Shown in pieces: positions 1-12,476 of a DNA stretch of 64,000 nucleotides; within the stretch, counting starts at the first letter, position 1, and every line of letters starts with the position of its first letter. Source of the DNA: Podarcis erhardii (lineage: Eukaryota); the NCBI GenBank assembly GCA_964252035.1, contig OZ176200.1, one strand, 5' to 3'. The translations under genes and the position numbers were made by a program. Under the pieces are notes generated by a model. That model ran no database searches and was not told the origin of the DNA. It saw only the letters and a program-made list of their open reading frames with translations.

Positions 1-531
1 AGTATGTGGGTGGGTTTGGGTGTATAAATATATTTACAAACTTGAAGGTACCTAGTTGTGTACAAGTGTGTTTGTGTGAGAATTTGCATGTAAGAAATTA
101 TGTGACTTGTCTTTTTCTTTGACAGCTACACTGCAGCTTTCATAGCTGCAGATGTTATTTGTCCATCAGAAAGGAAAATATTTCTTTTGAGCTTGAGGCA
201 TTTCTGTGTTGCTAAAATTAAGCCTAACAATGTTTAATGTACACATGAAGTAGTAATTCTGTCAGGGCAGAAGCACAAAAGAGCAGCAAGGCCCAAGCAA
301 CTAAATGGGTTGCAGGATAAAATCAACATTTTATTCCCTTCCATAGCAGAAAAGAAGGATGTCAGGTACCCAGCCATGTCACTTTAAGAATCTAGCGTCT
401 CCGCTTTTTCTTTAAAAAACAAAACAAACCACGCCACATTCCTCACATTTGAAAAGTAATTATTAATTTGCAATTTTAATGTATAATGAAGTTGAATGGC
501 ACTATCATCCTGCATTATTCATAAAACACAT

Positions 532-550
532 TGCTGCCATCTGGCGGTCA
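532..550 (-). promoter_or_regulatory. Candidate CTCF-binding motif
   Basis: Minus strand reads TGACCGCCAGATGGCAGCA, close to the vertebrate CTCF core (CCASYAGRKGGCRS). It lies in unique, non-repeat-looking sequence. Motif match only. Confidence 0.5.
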
Positions 551-3500
551 GTAGCCATGTCATCACTTATTTTCCCTGGCAGTTTAGTTTTGCAGCTTTG
601 AGGTTATGATCTGTAGGAAACTGGCTTTGGAAGGACATTTTTACCGAAAACTTAACAGGATTCTTAAGTTTTAAATGCTGTTAAGATTGAGGTGCAAAAC
701 TACGTGATATTTTCCAAGGAAGGGGCTTCTCTAGTGATATTTTAGTGTAACTATAAAAATAAAATAGTACACAAAGCAGGCATGCACAGCTTGTAACCCA
801 CCAAGACAGAACAGCCCAACAGCCTTGCATTACACACAGTCTCACCTTAGGCAGCGATAGGAGGCTCATCAAGTCCCTGATAAGGCAACTGTGTGTGGCT
901 GTACTCAGCTTGGTGTGTCACAGCTTGCACAAGACACACACTCTTGATATTTGATTAAAGTACACAGATGTTGGATTGAATAAATACAACCTAAATTTTT
1001 GAACATTTGAAAACAGCATGCACAGTCAAGACTTATAAAAATGGCTCTTTATTCTACAATCCTTTGTCATCCAAGAGGGATTAAATCCTTCACAGAGTTG
1101 GTGCTATTTTTATTATCAAAAGGAATTTTTACAGGTGCAACAAACATTAGTCATTTGCAGCTGGAGTTTGAAGCTGTTTTTGAAATGTATAAGGGAATAA
1201 GCAGCTGCCAACTTGCCCTGTTTGAAATAGTTAGTAACATTAACACCTTCTCAAGCTGGTTGTTTAATGAGGTAATGTCTGATTTAATAGAGAGGGTGAC
1301 TATTGTTGAGGTTTTGTAAAGTGGTGTAGTAGTTGTTATATTTTAGAATAACCTGCGGCTATGGAAAGTGAAATAAATATCAAATGCGGCTTCAGATGTA
1401 ATTAGTAAAACTTATTTTAGTGGCAATGCAATTTGGGTTACAAACACAGTACTGTCCTGCATGATGTATCATTAAAACTCTGTTGTCTGATCCAACGGTT
1501 CTTTGCAGCCTCTTTAACCTGCAAGGGCTTCTCTGTTTACTGTAAGGGTGAAGGCAGTGCTGAGTGGCCAAGGGAATGCATGTATGGAGGAGCTCTATCC
1601 AATGGAGGGGAAAGGGGTCCATTCACACAAGGCCTCCATGAATTTCTGGATCAGTGTTATAAGTCAAACTGCAGATTAAATGCGTCTCTTGGCTTGTCTG
1701 ATGTGCAACAATCACTTCCTTTTGTTTATAAACGGTGTTATGCTTACTTAGATGTACACTTTATACAGTTCTGCCCACCAACTGATCACTAATTTATTTT
1801 TCACATATAAAATTCAGGCTGATAGATAGCAACCCACGCACAAAATTCAAGATAACAAAGCTCTGAACTAACTTAGAGCTTTAGTGTTTACAGCGTTAAT
1901 ATTCACATGTTTACATTTCAGCATGTGAAAAGGCTAGGATTGTGATCTGTAGCATTCTTGCTCGTGAGTCAGCCCTGTTGAGAATGTAGGGCAGCTTGCC
2001 TCATATGAATCACATAATTAAGAGTGTCCAAGATGTCTAAATACAAATTGCAGTGTACCAGATATTTTTTACGTTTTCTTTTAAACATTCCCGAAATTAC
2101 ATTTAAAATATCAATTCAAACAAGAGCTTTTGAAGTAAACAAATCTGATAGAATCCCTATCCCTGATGAATTGTCTATTTTAATTTTAAAGAGAAACAAG
2201 AGGAACTTGATAGGGGCGACATGTTGGTTGGATGTGCCATGGGAAGAAGCTGTGGGCATTCCAATAAGCCATACCACTAAGTGACAACACTTAAGCAGAA
2301 ATGCCCTTTAAGAAGAGGTGTTGTTTTATAACTGTATGCCAGTTCCATAGAGATGAAGGAATCATATACATATTTGCACTTTTACATAGCAAAACATGGC
2401 ACAATTCCTTAATTTATCAGTCATGCAAATCAAGGAGCAAAGCAAAATGAATTCTACAGGAACTCACTCATAGATAATCAAATCTGACTTGTTTACATGC
2501 TTGGTTCTGGCATTTTGCTGTTCAACCACTACATATCCTGGGAGGGAGTGGGGGGGGGGACTTGGCTAAGCCACTTTACTCAATTTTTCTGTTTCTCTTT
2601 AGCGAGTGAGGCAGATATTTTGGTGTTGGCTCCTTGAAGAGAGCGTTGGCTGTCCTCTTTTAGAAAGGCAGCACCTCATGTTTGTGCAGAAATGTTTGCC
2701 AGATTGTGGAAAGCATTCATAGTTTTCTACTGTGAGTGGGGTCTTTTTACACAGGAAAAAATCATGCTGAGGAAAAAACATTCCTGTGAAATTCACATTT
2801 CCTTAAAGCTTCAGAGAAATGTGGTGACTATAACAAGCTCTGTACAGGTTGTATCCTACAGATGCTTCAGAAAGCATGTGTATATGTTAAAGCCCCAGGT
2901 TCCTGCACACCTGGGGTGATCCATGGTGGCAGTGTTTCTGATGTGATAATGGGTGCCATTAGGATAAGTAAGTCAAGAAGCTGTAGCTAGAACCTGCTTG
3001 CTGCAAAAGAATATCTCTTGGGATACCTTTACATAATAGGCTTTCTCTATTGCCTAGAGTAATAGCTACTGAGTTCTAGAGCACTGCCAAAGTGATGCAG
3101 GTTCCATTTATCTGGTATTTAACTCATTTTATGCCATCCTGTACTAAGAAACAGTTAGTTACCTGTTTTCCTCACTCACCAGAGAGAGAATCCACTAAAG
3201 GAGGAAGCTGGAAGTTACTTAGAAGTACATTTTGTATTCCTTATGAGGTGCCACATGAGTCTGGTACAATAATTATATGTTGCATACACCACTTTAAGGT
3301 TGCAATCCTGTATTCACATACTTAGTAATAATTCCCATCAAACTCTGTGGGTCTTACTTCTGAGTAAATATATATAAGACGGTAAGTTAATTGTTCAAAT
3401 AGCTTGCTACAGTAGTCCGTATAGCAACCCTGTAAATTAAGCTGTATTGTCGATCGCTTGAATGAGTTAACGGTAGAGGAAAATTCTGAAACTGGATCAT

Positions 3501-4855
3501 AGCTCAAGCTCAAACTAGCACATGGCATGCAGTCAAGTCATATGCATGACTTTCCCCATTTTTTAAAAAAGCCAAGGGTAACTTTGGAAGCCTAAGCAGA
3601 ACAGACAATGTTAGCTGGTGCTCATTGGGACTGGTAGGGTGGGAAGCAGGGAGGACAGTGACAACCAGAGGCAGAGACAGGGACTGTTCCAGTAATCCCT
3701 GCACACATTCAGTGACTATGTCCAGTGAGGAACAGGCCTGCTAACTAAAGCACCAACAGACCTGCTGGACGTACCCCTGGCAGTTGCCCATTCAACATTA
3801 GTAGGAAAGGGGGCCTTTGAATGTAGAGATGCATACATAGCACCATTTTGTGCAAAGTTAAATCCTGGTTGTTCAGGGTTCTTGCCTGTGTGGAAGAGCT
3901 TTGCTATATATGTATGCTCCCTTTTCCTTAAATGCCAAATATGTGGCCATGGGAGGCTACTAGACGCAACCCCAGTTTCCCCACTAAAACATTCAGTCAA
4001 ACAGCTGTAGTTCTCACGAACTATCTGCTTGGTTGGTTTATTTTGTTAATTAATTAGTTCAAGTGCATCTTGGTAGCATGCATAGTGCCAGCAACAAGCA
4101 ATGTCAATTAAGCATACAAAGACTTTAACTGGTACAGGTGCACATCATTATCATAAAATGCAGACAAGCAGTTAACAGGAAGAGACAAGCAAGAATAGAC
4201 TGGAAATTGGGAGATACTTTATGTTGAGATTTCATCAATAAGTCAGTCCCAGTCTAGGAATCAGGCAATGTCCACATTCTGTGAATGTGATGTGAATATG
4301 TGTGTGTGTGTGTGTGTGTAATATCTACACAAATGTCCATGACAGGATAGCAGATCACTTTTACAGTATGCATGAAAACACTTTGTATGAAATACACCTA
4401 AAACGCGCAGTTCAAATACAGCTTTACTTCCTTATAATTTTAGAGCGAATACTTTTGAAACTATGTAGTATTTGAGTTCATTCACTTTTTCTTATCTTCA
4501 TACTGGAAACACTAGCTTCCTTTAGTTTTTTAAAAAATTGCCTAGTTAATTGATGTGGAAGAATACTATCACCGTGACATGTGTCTCTTCACATGTATTA
4601 ATCATTATCATTTAAAAAATACATATACATCCTTAAAGTTTTATTCTGAGTTTTAAAAAACCTTCTGGAAATGCCATAGAATTGCAGATCTGATGATGAT
4701 GTGTAAAAATGGAACATGGATGCAGAAATTTCATGAAGTAGATTTTCTGCTTTGATGCTTATGTGAAAAGACATCTCAAGATGACTGAATGTTTTCATCC
4801 GCTATACAAACCACTTCCTTCAAAAAGCAGCAGTGGTGCAATACAATTTACAACA

Positions 4856-4923
4856 CAATCCTACACATGTCTACTTAAAAGAAATGTGTATAGGACTTCC
4901 AGGTAAACGTGTGTGTAGGATTG
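4856..4923. repeat. Short palindromic MITE-like element
   Basis: Perfect 12-bp terminal inverted repeat CAATCCTACACA...TGTGTAGGATTG; related copies at ~36321-36390 and 41133-41212. Confidence 0.55.
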
Positions 4924-7310
4924 CAACTTTAGTGAATTATTTATTTCTTAAATGGTAATCACATTGTCTCAGCCCCCCCCCCCCAATTTGTCCAGAGTTT
5001 TGAGTTTATTGGATAGTATGGTTGGAAGAGGGAGGCTACTTTTGGAATGAATATGTTCAAAAGCTCCACAGCGTTGCTATAGTTCTCTCCATGGTCCTCT
5101 TGATTCTGGCTGTGGCTTCTTTGAAATGTAAACAACATTTGCAAACAGTCTTTTACATCTGTTTTATTTTCCATTTGTTCCATAACTGAAGGTATTTCTT
5201 CTGTGGCTTTACTGTCCAAATTTTATACTCACATTTGATGAAAATATCCAATAATTTGGAAGTGTGTCAGCTTCCCTTTAAAGCTTCCATTCTAAGAACT
5301 GAAAGTTGAGAATGTTACATTTTGTTCTTTGTAAAAAAAATTGCAACGATGTCTACCATTTCATTACATTCATTAGCATCCGTGTGGCAACTTCAGCTTT
5401 AATTTTTCAGAATCTATGGTGCTTGAAAAAAATTTGAGCTCACCAGAATGTCTTAGGTGTATATCTTTAGTGCCCTACACACATTTTGATAAATTATTAG
5501 ATAATAACATTCTTTCTTGCCACTTTTGAATTCTTGCAGCTGAGGGCACAACCTGTGTTTATTATTATACTGCAGCAATTGAGGGGCACTGAAGATGGAG
5601 ACAGCTCCCTGCTTCATCTTCACCAGGAGCATTAAAAAAATAAGAAAGAAGCAACACCCTTAACTTTTCACTTTATGTATCAAAAATAGATTCCGTGTTG
5701 TTGAGCTCAGGACTCCCATTGCAAATAAACAAACATAACACTCATACATCTGCCGTGCCTAACGTAGCAAAGGCTATGAATAACTTTCACAAATAAATCT
5801 GATATTTTCTGGTGGACCATATTGCATCTTCTACTTCCTCCCCCCCTTTTTTCTGTATTTCGTGTGTGTTTATGAATAACTGCATCCTTTTTAATTGGTG
5901 GGCCAAGAGGGATAGTTATCCTTGGGCATCTCAGATTGGTTCAAGTATCTGGAATTGCCCCCCTTTGGCGCTGCATTTAAATGTGCTAAAAATTGCTTTG
6001 CATGAAAATATGTTCATATGCATAATTTCTCTCTCTTGCCATTGCCAACCTCCCTCTGTATATCATACCAAAAGCTGCATTCCAGATGGGGTAAGAAGGC
6101 TCTGTTGCCTCTGTACCAAATCAAAATTTGCATCTGAGTTATATTGTATCACATGCAAAAAAAAAAACCAGGACCAAGCAAGTTAAGCAAAACAAATATG
6201 AGCCCGGTCATATGAACTTGATATGATTCTTAATGATCTGTGCTTCAACAGAAGATGTTGCTTTCTGCAAAGAGATTATACCTACCCGAAGGACAATAAT
6301 ATCAGTGGTTTCTTTCCAAGATGGCCTTGGCATCAATTCACTTACGAAGTGATACTTGGTTGGTTGAAGTCTGCACTGAATAGGGTTAGAATGTCCCATA
6401 GCAGTGACCATGTCCATTGAAACTGGTGGAACAGATTGTAAGGAGTTGAAATAGGTGGCACTATTGCCAATGAGTGACAGAGCCAGCTAATTCTAGATTT
6501 GTCCCCATCCTCCTCCCTGCCGAGTTCTGAGACTCCTTAGTCGGAGGGGAAAACTGGCAGTGTCATGCCCTTGGTCTGGTTGTAATAAGAAAGCAGGCAA
6601 GTGGGGATTGGCTGAGAGCAGACTGAGGCTGGTGGTGCAGTCTCCGCGGGTGTCACATTTAGAGTGTGTAATAGTCATTGCCTAGAGGATAAATGGCAGA
6701 AAAGATTGTTGGTGCTGAGCAGTGCTGATATCCTGCAGGGATGTTCTCCAGGTTTAAAGCAATAAGGACTATTCTTTGAGTACAGTGAGATATTGAACTT
6801 CATTTGTTAGCCTTGTAGAATCAGGACTACTCCCTGTCGTGCATTTCATATTATGCGTGCACATATATTTTTCCAAGATTGCCAGGCTGCATTTTAGCCA
6901 CTTGTTTAGATTCAGATTCCCCCCCCCCCCGACATTAATAATCCACTTATGTGACAATTGTGCAATGCCTATGATGGGGAAGATAATGTAATTTACAATC
7001 AGAGTGTATCAATGAATTAATCCCAAAATGACTGTTTGCTTGCAAAGGCATTCTATAATCATTTTCTCATATTCCTTGGAGGTACAAATGTCAGTGTCCT
7101 GTAACAACCCCTCACCCAACCACCAAAGAAGTGCCCCCTCCACATCTTCCACCCTGGCCAGCAGAAGCTAATGTGGTGACAAATCTGCTCCCTCAAGTTA
7201 GGATCGTTCTGTTATCACACCTTTCAGACCAGCAAATGTATTGTGGCTTAAGCATCCAGCTTATATAACCCTGTATCTTCATTAACATTTCTTTCAGCAT
7301 CCTCAAAACT

Positions 7311-7455
7311 ACTCTGATGGTGGTGCAGTGGGACAGTGCATCTGGCTGTTAACCAGAGGGTTGGTGGTTCAAGCCCACCCAGGGACAGCTGTGAGCAGGG
7401 AGTTGGGCTAGATGAGGCCCTTGGCGTCCATTCCAACTCTACAACTTAATGATTC
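7311..7455 (+). mobile_element. tRNA-Asn-derived SINE with CR1-type 3' tail
   Basis: Head GGCTGTTAACCAGAGGGTTGGTGGTTCAAGCCCACCCAGGGAC resembles tRNA-Asn(GUU) including the B box. The tail CCATTCCAACTCTACAACTTAATGATTCT resembles the CR1 3' end seen at 62530-62575. Confidence 0.7.
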
Positions 7456-8344
7456 TTTTGAGGCAGATCACTTACACACCTATTTTATAGATATATATTG
7501 AATACTGAGACTTGCTCTCAGATTATTCAGCTTGCTATTAGATCCCTCTGTTAAACAAATTCAGCTTCTTCCTCTCTCACCTATCACTTTGCAAATTAAA
7601 ATATGGCAAATGTGTGAGAACTATCCGCTCACCTCTGAGAAATAAACACACTACTTTTAAAAGACTTGTGAATAGTTTCCCAAATATTTCATTTTGAGTG
7701 TTTTAATGCCAAAAAAATCCAGGAAATGCCTAACTGAAACAAGGGTGTGGTCTTACTATAATATCAAAGGTTATACTTATGCCAAAGTTCCTTAAAGATA
7801 AAATGTGTATTTGTTTTGACTGTCAAGACGTCGCCTCTCCATGGTGATTTTTCTGTTCCAACTGAGTCAGCTCTTGGGGAAATGTACCTCTCAAACAAAA
7901 GGCCAGCAAACCAAACTACAATTAACTACCACTCATGGGAAATTCCATAGTGGCGTGTAACAGGCATTTGAAAAATCTACACCTTCTGAGAAAGAAAAGG
8001 CAGGAAAATTCTGTCAAACAATTAATCTGATGGGTATTCCCAAGACTGGGAAAACAAGTCATCTGTCAGAAAAAATGCTGGCCCTGAGTTTATGAGAGAG
8101 TACAAATAAGAATATAATTTTGATCCTGTGCATTACTGTTCTATTTCTTCCTGCCCTTAGTCCAGGGGTTGTGGTTTGGAAACCAAATAAGAGACTGAAT
8201 CAAAGCGAAGTTGAGGAAAAGGGATTATAAAGTTTGGCAATCTTGACAAGGCAGGATAAGGCAGAAATTTGTCAGATGGGACTGATTTAGTTTCAAGTCA
8301 GAACTACATTAATTTAAGGTTATTTCAGGCATTGTATCTTTTAC

Positions 8345-8592
8345 CTTTCAATGCAATTTGGATTTGTCCTCCTCCACATGCAGCTGCTGAGTGACCTTGG
8401 GCTAGTCACACTTCTTTGAAGTCTCTCAGCCCCACTCAACTCATAGAGTGTTTGTTGTGGGGGAGGAAGGGAAAGGAGAATGTTAGCCGCTTTGAGACTC
8501 CTTAAAGGGAGTGAAAGGCGGGATATCAAATCCAAACTACTACTCTTCTTCTTCTTCTTCTTCTTCTTCTTCTTCTTCTTCTTCTTCTTCTT
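8345..8592 (+). mobile_element. Squam3-like squamate SINE, 5'-degenerate, (CTT)n tail
   Basis: Body CTCCTCCACATGCAGCTGCTGAGTGACCTTGGGCTAGTCAC...GCCGCTTTGAGACTCC matches the reverse complement of the copy at 23399-23653 and ends in a (CTT)n run. Family name is from recollection. Confidence 0.75.
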
Positions 8593-8769
8593 GTCTACAT
8601 GAGTAGCTGTCCTGAGACTGTATTTCCATAACTCACCTGGACCTCAGATTTAAGCCCCATGTTATTCACATATAGAAAAGGGTAAAATGTGTAGAAAGGG
8701 GTTGTGGGGTCACTCCTTTGGCCCTGCTCCTCTGCATGGCTCTTCCCGCCTATTTTTTTCCGCCACCCA

Positions 8770-9612
8770 TGTATTTGTTTGGATATTTGAGGCATGGAAA
8801 CTTTTCAGTGTAGACCTCTACGTGCTCTTGATGGGGTTACACTTCTTCTGAAGGAGCAGGTACATAACTTTGTGCTACTTTTGGATCCTTTGATGTCAAT
8901 TGAGGCTCAAGTGGCCTTGGTGGTACGGAATATCTTCCATCAGTTTCAGCTGGTGGCCCAGCTACACCCATATCTGGACAGGGATAACCTAACTTCCGTT
9001 GTCTATGCTTTGGTAACCTGTAGCCTGGATTACTGTGATGCATTATACGTAGGCTGCTTCTGAAGATGGTTCAGAAACTTCAGGTGATGAAGAACTGGTC
9101 ATAAGGTTGCTCATTCTGGGGCAAGACGGTTTGAACATATTACAGTGATTCTGGCCTAAATGCATTTGCTGCCAGTTAGCTTTCAGGCCCAATTCAATGT
9201 GCTGATTTTGACCTATGAAGTCTTAAATGTCTCAGTGCTACAATACCCCAAGTACCGCCACTCCCCATATCTAAGGCCCTTCTTTGTGTGCCTCCTCCAT
9301 GTGAGGTCCCGAGGGTGAAAACAGGCCTTCTCTGTAGTGGCTCCACGTTGTGGCATGCACTCTCCAGAGAGGCTCGCCTGGATCTTCATTATATAGTTTT
9401 AGGCTCCAGTTGAAAACATTCCTCTTCAACTAGACCTTAGGCTGATAAATAATCTACAGCCTTTTAAATGTGTTTGGGGATGGGGGAGTGGAGGGGAGGC
9501 AGGGTGTTATTTTGTTTTTTCTGTTTTAACTATTTATTTGTGCTTTCATCTTGTATTTTTATCTTGTGAACAACCCTGAGATATTCTGATGAAGGGTGGA
9601 ATATAAATCTAA
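8770..9612 (+). mobile_element. Degenerate L2-clade LINE 3' fragment
   Basis: Translation includes VYALVTCSLDYCDALYVG, the L2 ORF2 C-terminal LDYCNxLxxGLP motif, followed by decayed coding sequence and an A/T-rich 3' end. Boundaries approximate. Confidence 0.7.
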
Positions 9613-12476
9613 TTAATACTAATGCTAATGCTAATAATAATCTTGGCACCCTGAAAGCACAACCTAAAGTATACTGCAATAGAACCTGCAACATCTGTTC
9701 TTAGAATGGGACAACTACTTATGGCAACTGTGTTAATCTTGAATGAAATAATACTATCTGAATGTGTGAAGCTTGACTGCTCTGTGAAAAAGGTGAATTC
9801 CATGAGTTATTGGATGTATTTATTCAGTTATTAGGAAATAGGTTGAAAATAAAACTATACAAGTGGAGGGAGTGTTGTTGCACTGAGGCCCTGTTTGAGA
9901 GCACCCTATGTATAGGCATTTGGTTGGCCACTTGGCCTGATTCAACAGGGTTGATCTTAGGTTGTGAAATTACGACACTTCCCAGTGACGTGATTTCAGT
10001 GCTTTGACATGAAATGCATGTGACATTTGAAAGCAGCCCTAGGCCTTGTTCACACATTATCACCTGAGGGAGCAAGCCGCAGACATCTGCCCTATTCCAA
10101 TACAACTCCATTTTGGGGTGAGGTGGAGATAATGGTATAACATACACACCAGAAAAACCTGTGATGAAACACATGGAATAAATATATTTTCTGGTTTAAG
10201 TTCTTTCCTCAATAGTCCCATCTTCTGTGCAAATTACTACTACTAGTAGTAGTACCACTGCTCGTCCTTCACCAGCAGGTCCTAGGCAGGGTTACAGCAA
10301 TCTAAAATTCAGTTAAAACAGATAACAGTCACAGGAATAAAGTGGTAATGGGTTATTGTTCTCCAAAACATTTCCTTCTAAAATTATTTGCCTACCCTGT
10401 CTACATTATGCCCCTGTCTTTGCACATAAATAACATTTTTCACAAAAGGTCTGCTGTTTGCTGACAACCACATAACCTGATGGAAAGCTAATAATGCCCA
10501 AGGAGGTTTCATTTGATGAATTCTGTTAGTATCACACATTTTTAGTTTTTTCTTAAATATCTGGGTCATTTCACTGCTCTTGTATGTCTTTCTATGAGAT
10601 GTTTCAAATAATTAAAATATTAGGCTAAATGATTTATTTCCCAATAAACAATGTCTTACAATATTTAGAAAAGCCCTGCCTCCCCCCCCCTTTTTTTGGT
10701 AAAGTATCATTAAGTTTCATTCTCTCTTCTTTTGTTTTTGAAATGTTAACTTATTAGTAACAAAAACAATGATATCAGACATTTACTGCTTTTCCTTCCT
10801 GTAGTCTATATATATACAGGTGCCAGTAACACAAGTTTGAAATAAGTCTCCTAATTCTAAGCTGTACAGTTAATAGAGTTATATGGGGAGTGGTAAGAGA
10901 GCAGAGACATTGATATAATAAATGTTTACTGAAACTTTATTCAGCATATACCAGGGGAGATTGTTCTGATTTCTAGGGCATTTAAGGACTTGCTTGTTCT
11001 TGTAAAACAGGAGACAGAATGAAAACAACAACCAGAATGCTAAGAAGACAGATACTTCTGAAGACAGGGGATGCATTTTAGAGTTCTGCCTTGCTAAAAG
11101 GTGTAGCAGTACTTTTTTGATTAAGTGTGCAAACATGCAAGTTGGTGCCCAGATTTCTGTAACAGCAGACGTTCTTGATAAAGGGTGGGGAAGATTGATA
11201 CAATTCCCTTATTCACATGGACTGAGGAAAGACTGTTTCAAACTGAATGGAAGCAGTCTAAACCTGCACTTAATACTTCCTTGACTGGGTGTATTCCCTT
11301 GGGAGTGACCTTCATGCAGTTCTTTTAGTGTTCATGAACTCGTAGCTTTGAACCTTCAAGTTCCTCTTGTCCTTTCAAACTCCCCAGTCAGTATTCCATC
11401 TTTTTCATTCATTTTCTGGAGTCCCTATCTTAGAACTCAAAAGCCTATTTAGCATTCACATATCACTCCATATATTTTCTCTCAGTAATCCTTTCAACAA
11501 CCCGGTAAAGTAACTTCGTATTAGAATTGTCAGGTTTGTGAAACTCAACTTTGTGTGTTGTGGCTGAAGCAAGGTTTGAACCTAGTACATAGCTCAGACT
11601 CTCGTTATCTTGGTAAAGAATTTGACTGGGCAAAGCCAACACATGAGTACACATATACTTGTAGTACTCATGATGAGCATCAGATACTTCGGGAATTGCA
11701 TGCCCCAAAGTTCCTTGCTGATCTAATCATAACCAGAAAATCAGTTTAGTTTCTGAACTGGAAATGGACTTCACTGGGAGCATGACACTCCATCTGTTAT
11801 GCAGCCAAGCATCGGCAGCGAGGAAATAATATTGTGAGCCAGGTAAATATGAACTAAATATCAGCCACTATGTGTCCCCAGCTTTCCTGCTCAAAAAAGC
11901 CAGGAGCTCATGCCTGGGAGAGCACAAACAAACAACAGTCAGATTTTGGACCCATTTGGGTCCCTATAAACACTTTCTCATGCATATGACCTGATTAAAG
12001 CTATGTGACACTTCCAGATTGAATAGCTAACCAGCCATTATTTGCGAATGACATCCCTTACCTCCCTTATCTTGTCCCTCTTCTGGAATGTATGAACTGC
12101 TTGAGAGAGGGGCAGGGTTGTATCTGATTTGGGTCAGATATGAAGAAGATAAAAAAATGTAGGAGTCTCTCCTGCTGCTTGGGAGATGATTGGCATCCTG
12201 CTGTCTTGGGAGATAACGGAGGAATGCACCTTTGAGGGTGAGGTCAAGTTGTTGGAAAGTTGCAGTGCTTGCTGTGGCTGCAGAGACCAATGTGGGTGAG
12301 ACATGTTTTATTACAGCTGGGGCATTTGAAAGCACCCAATTGTGCTGCTGCAGATAGCATTTCTACTCTCTGTGCTCCTCCTAGCGGTCATTTCTCCTCT
12401 CAAAAGCACAGGGATTTCTCCATCTCCAGCACAGGGATGGGTGTGGTGTCAGGTGCCCTGCTCACCATAGAGCTGT

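Noticed and set aside
6346-6681. 336-nt minus-strand segment with a good acceptor and a GTAAGT donor
   Set aside because: All three frames contain stop codons.
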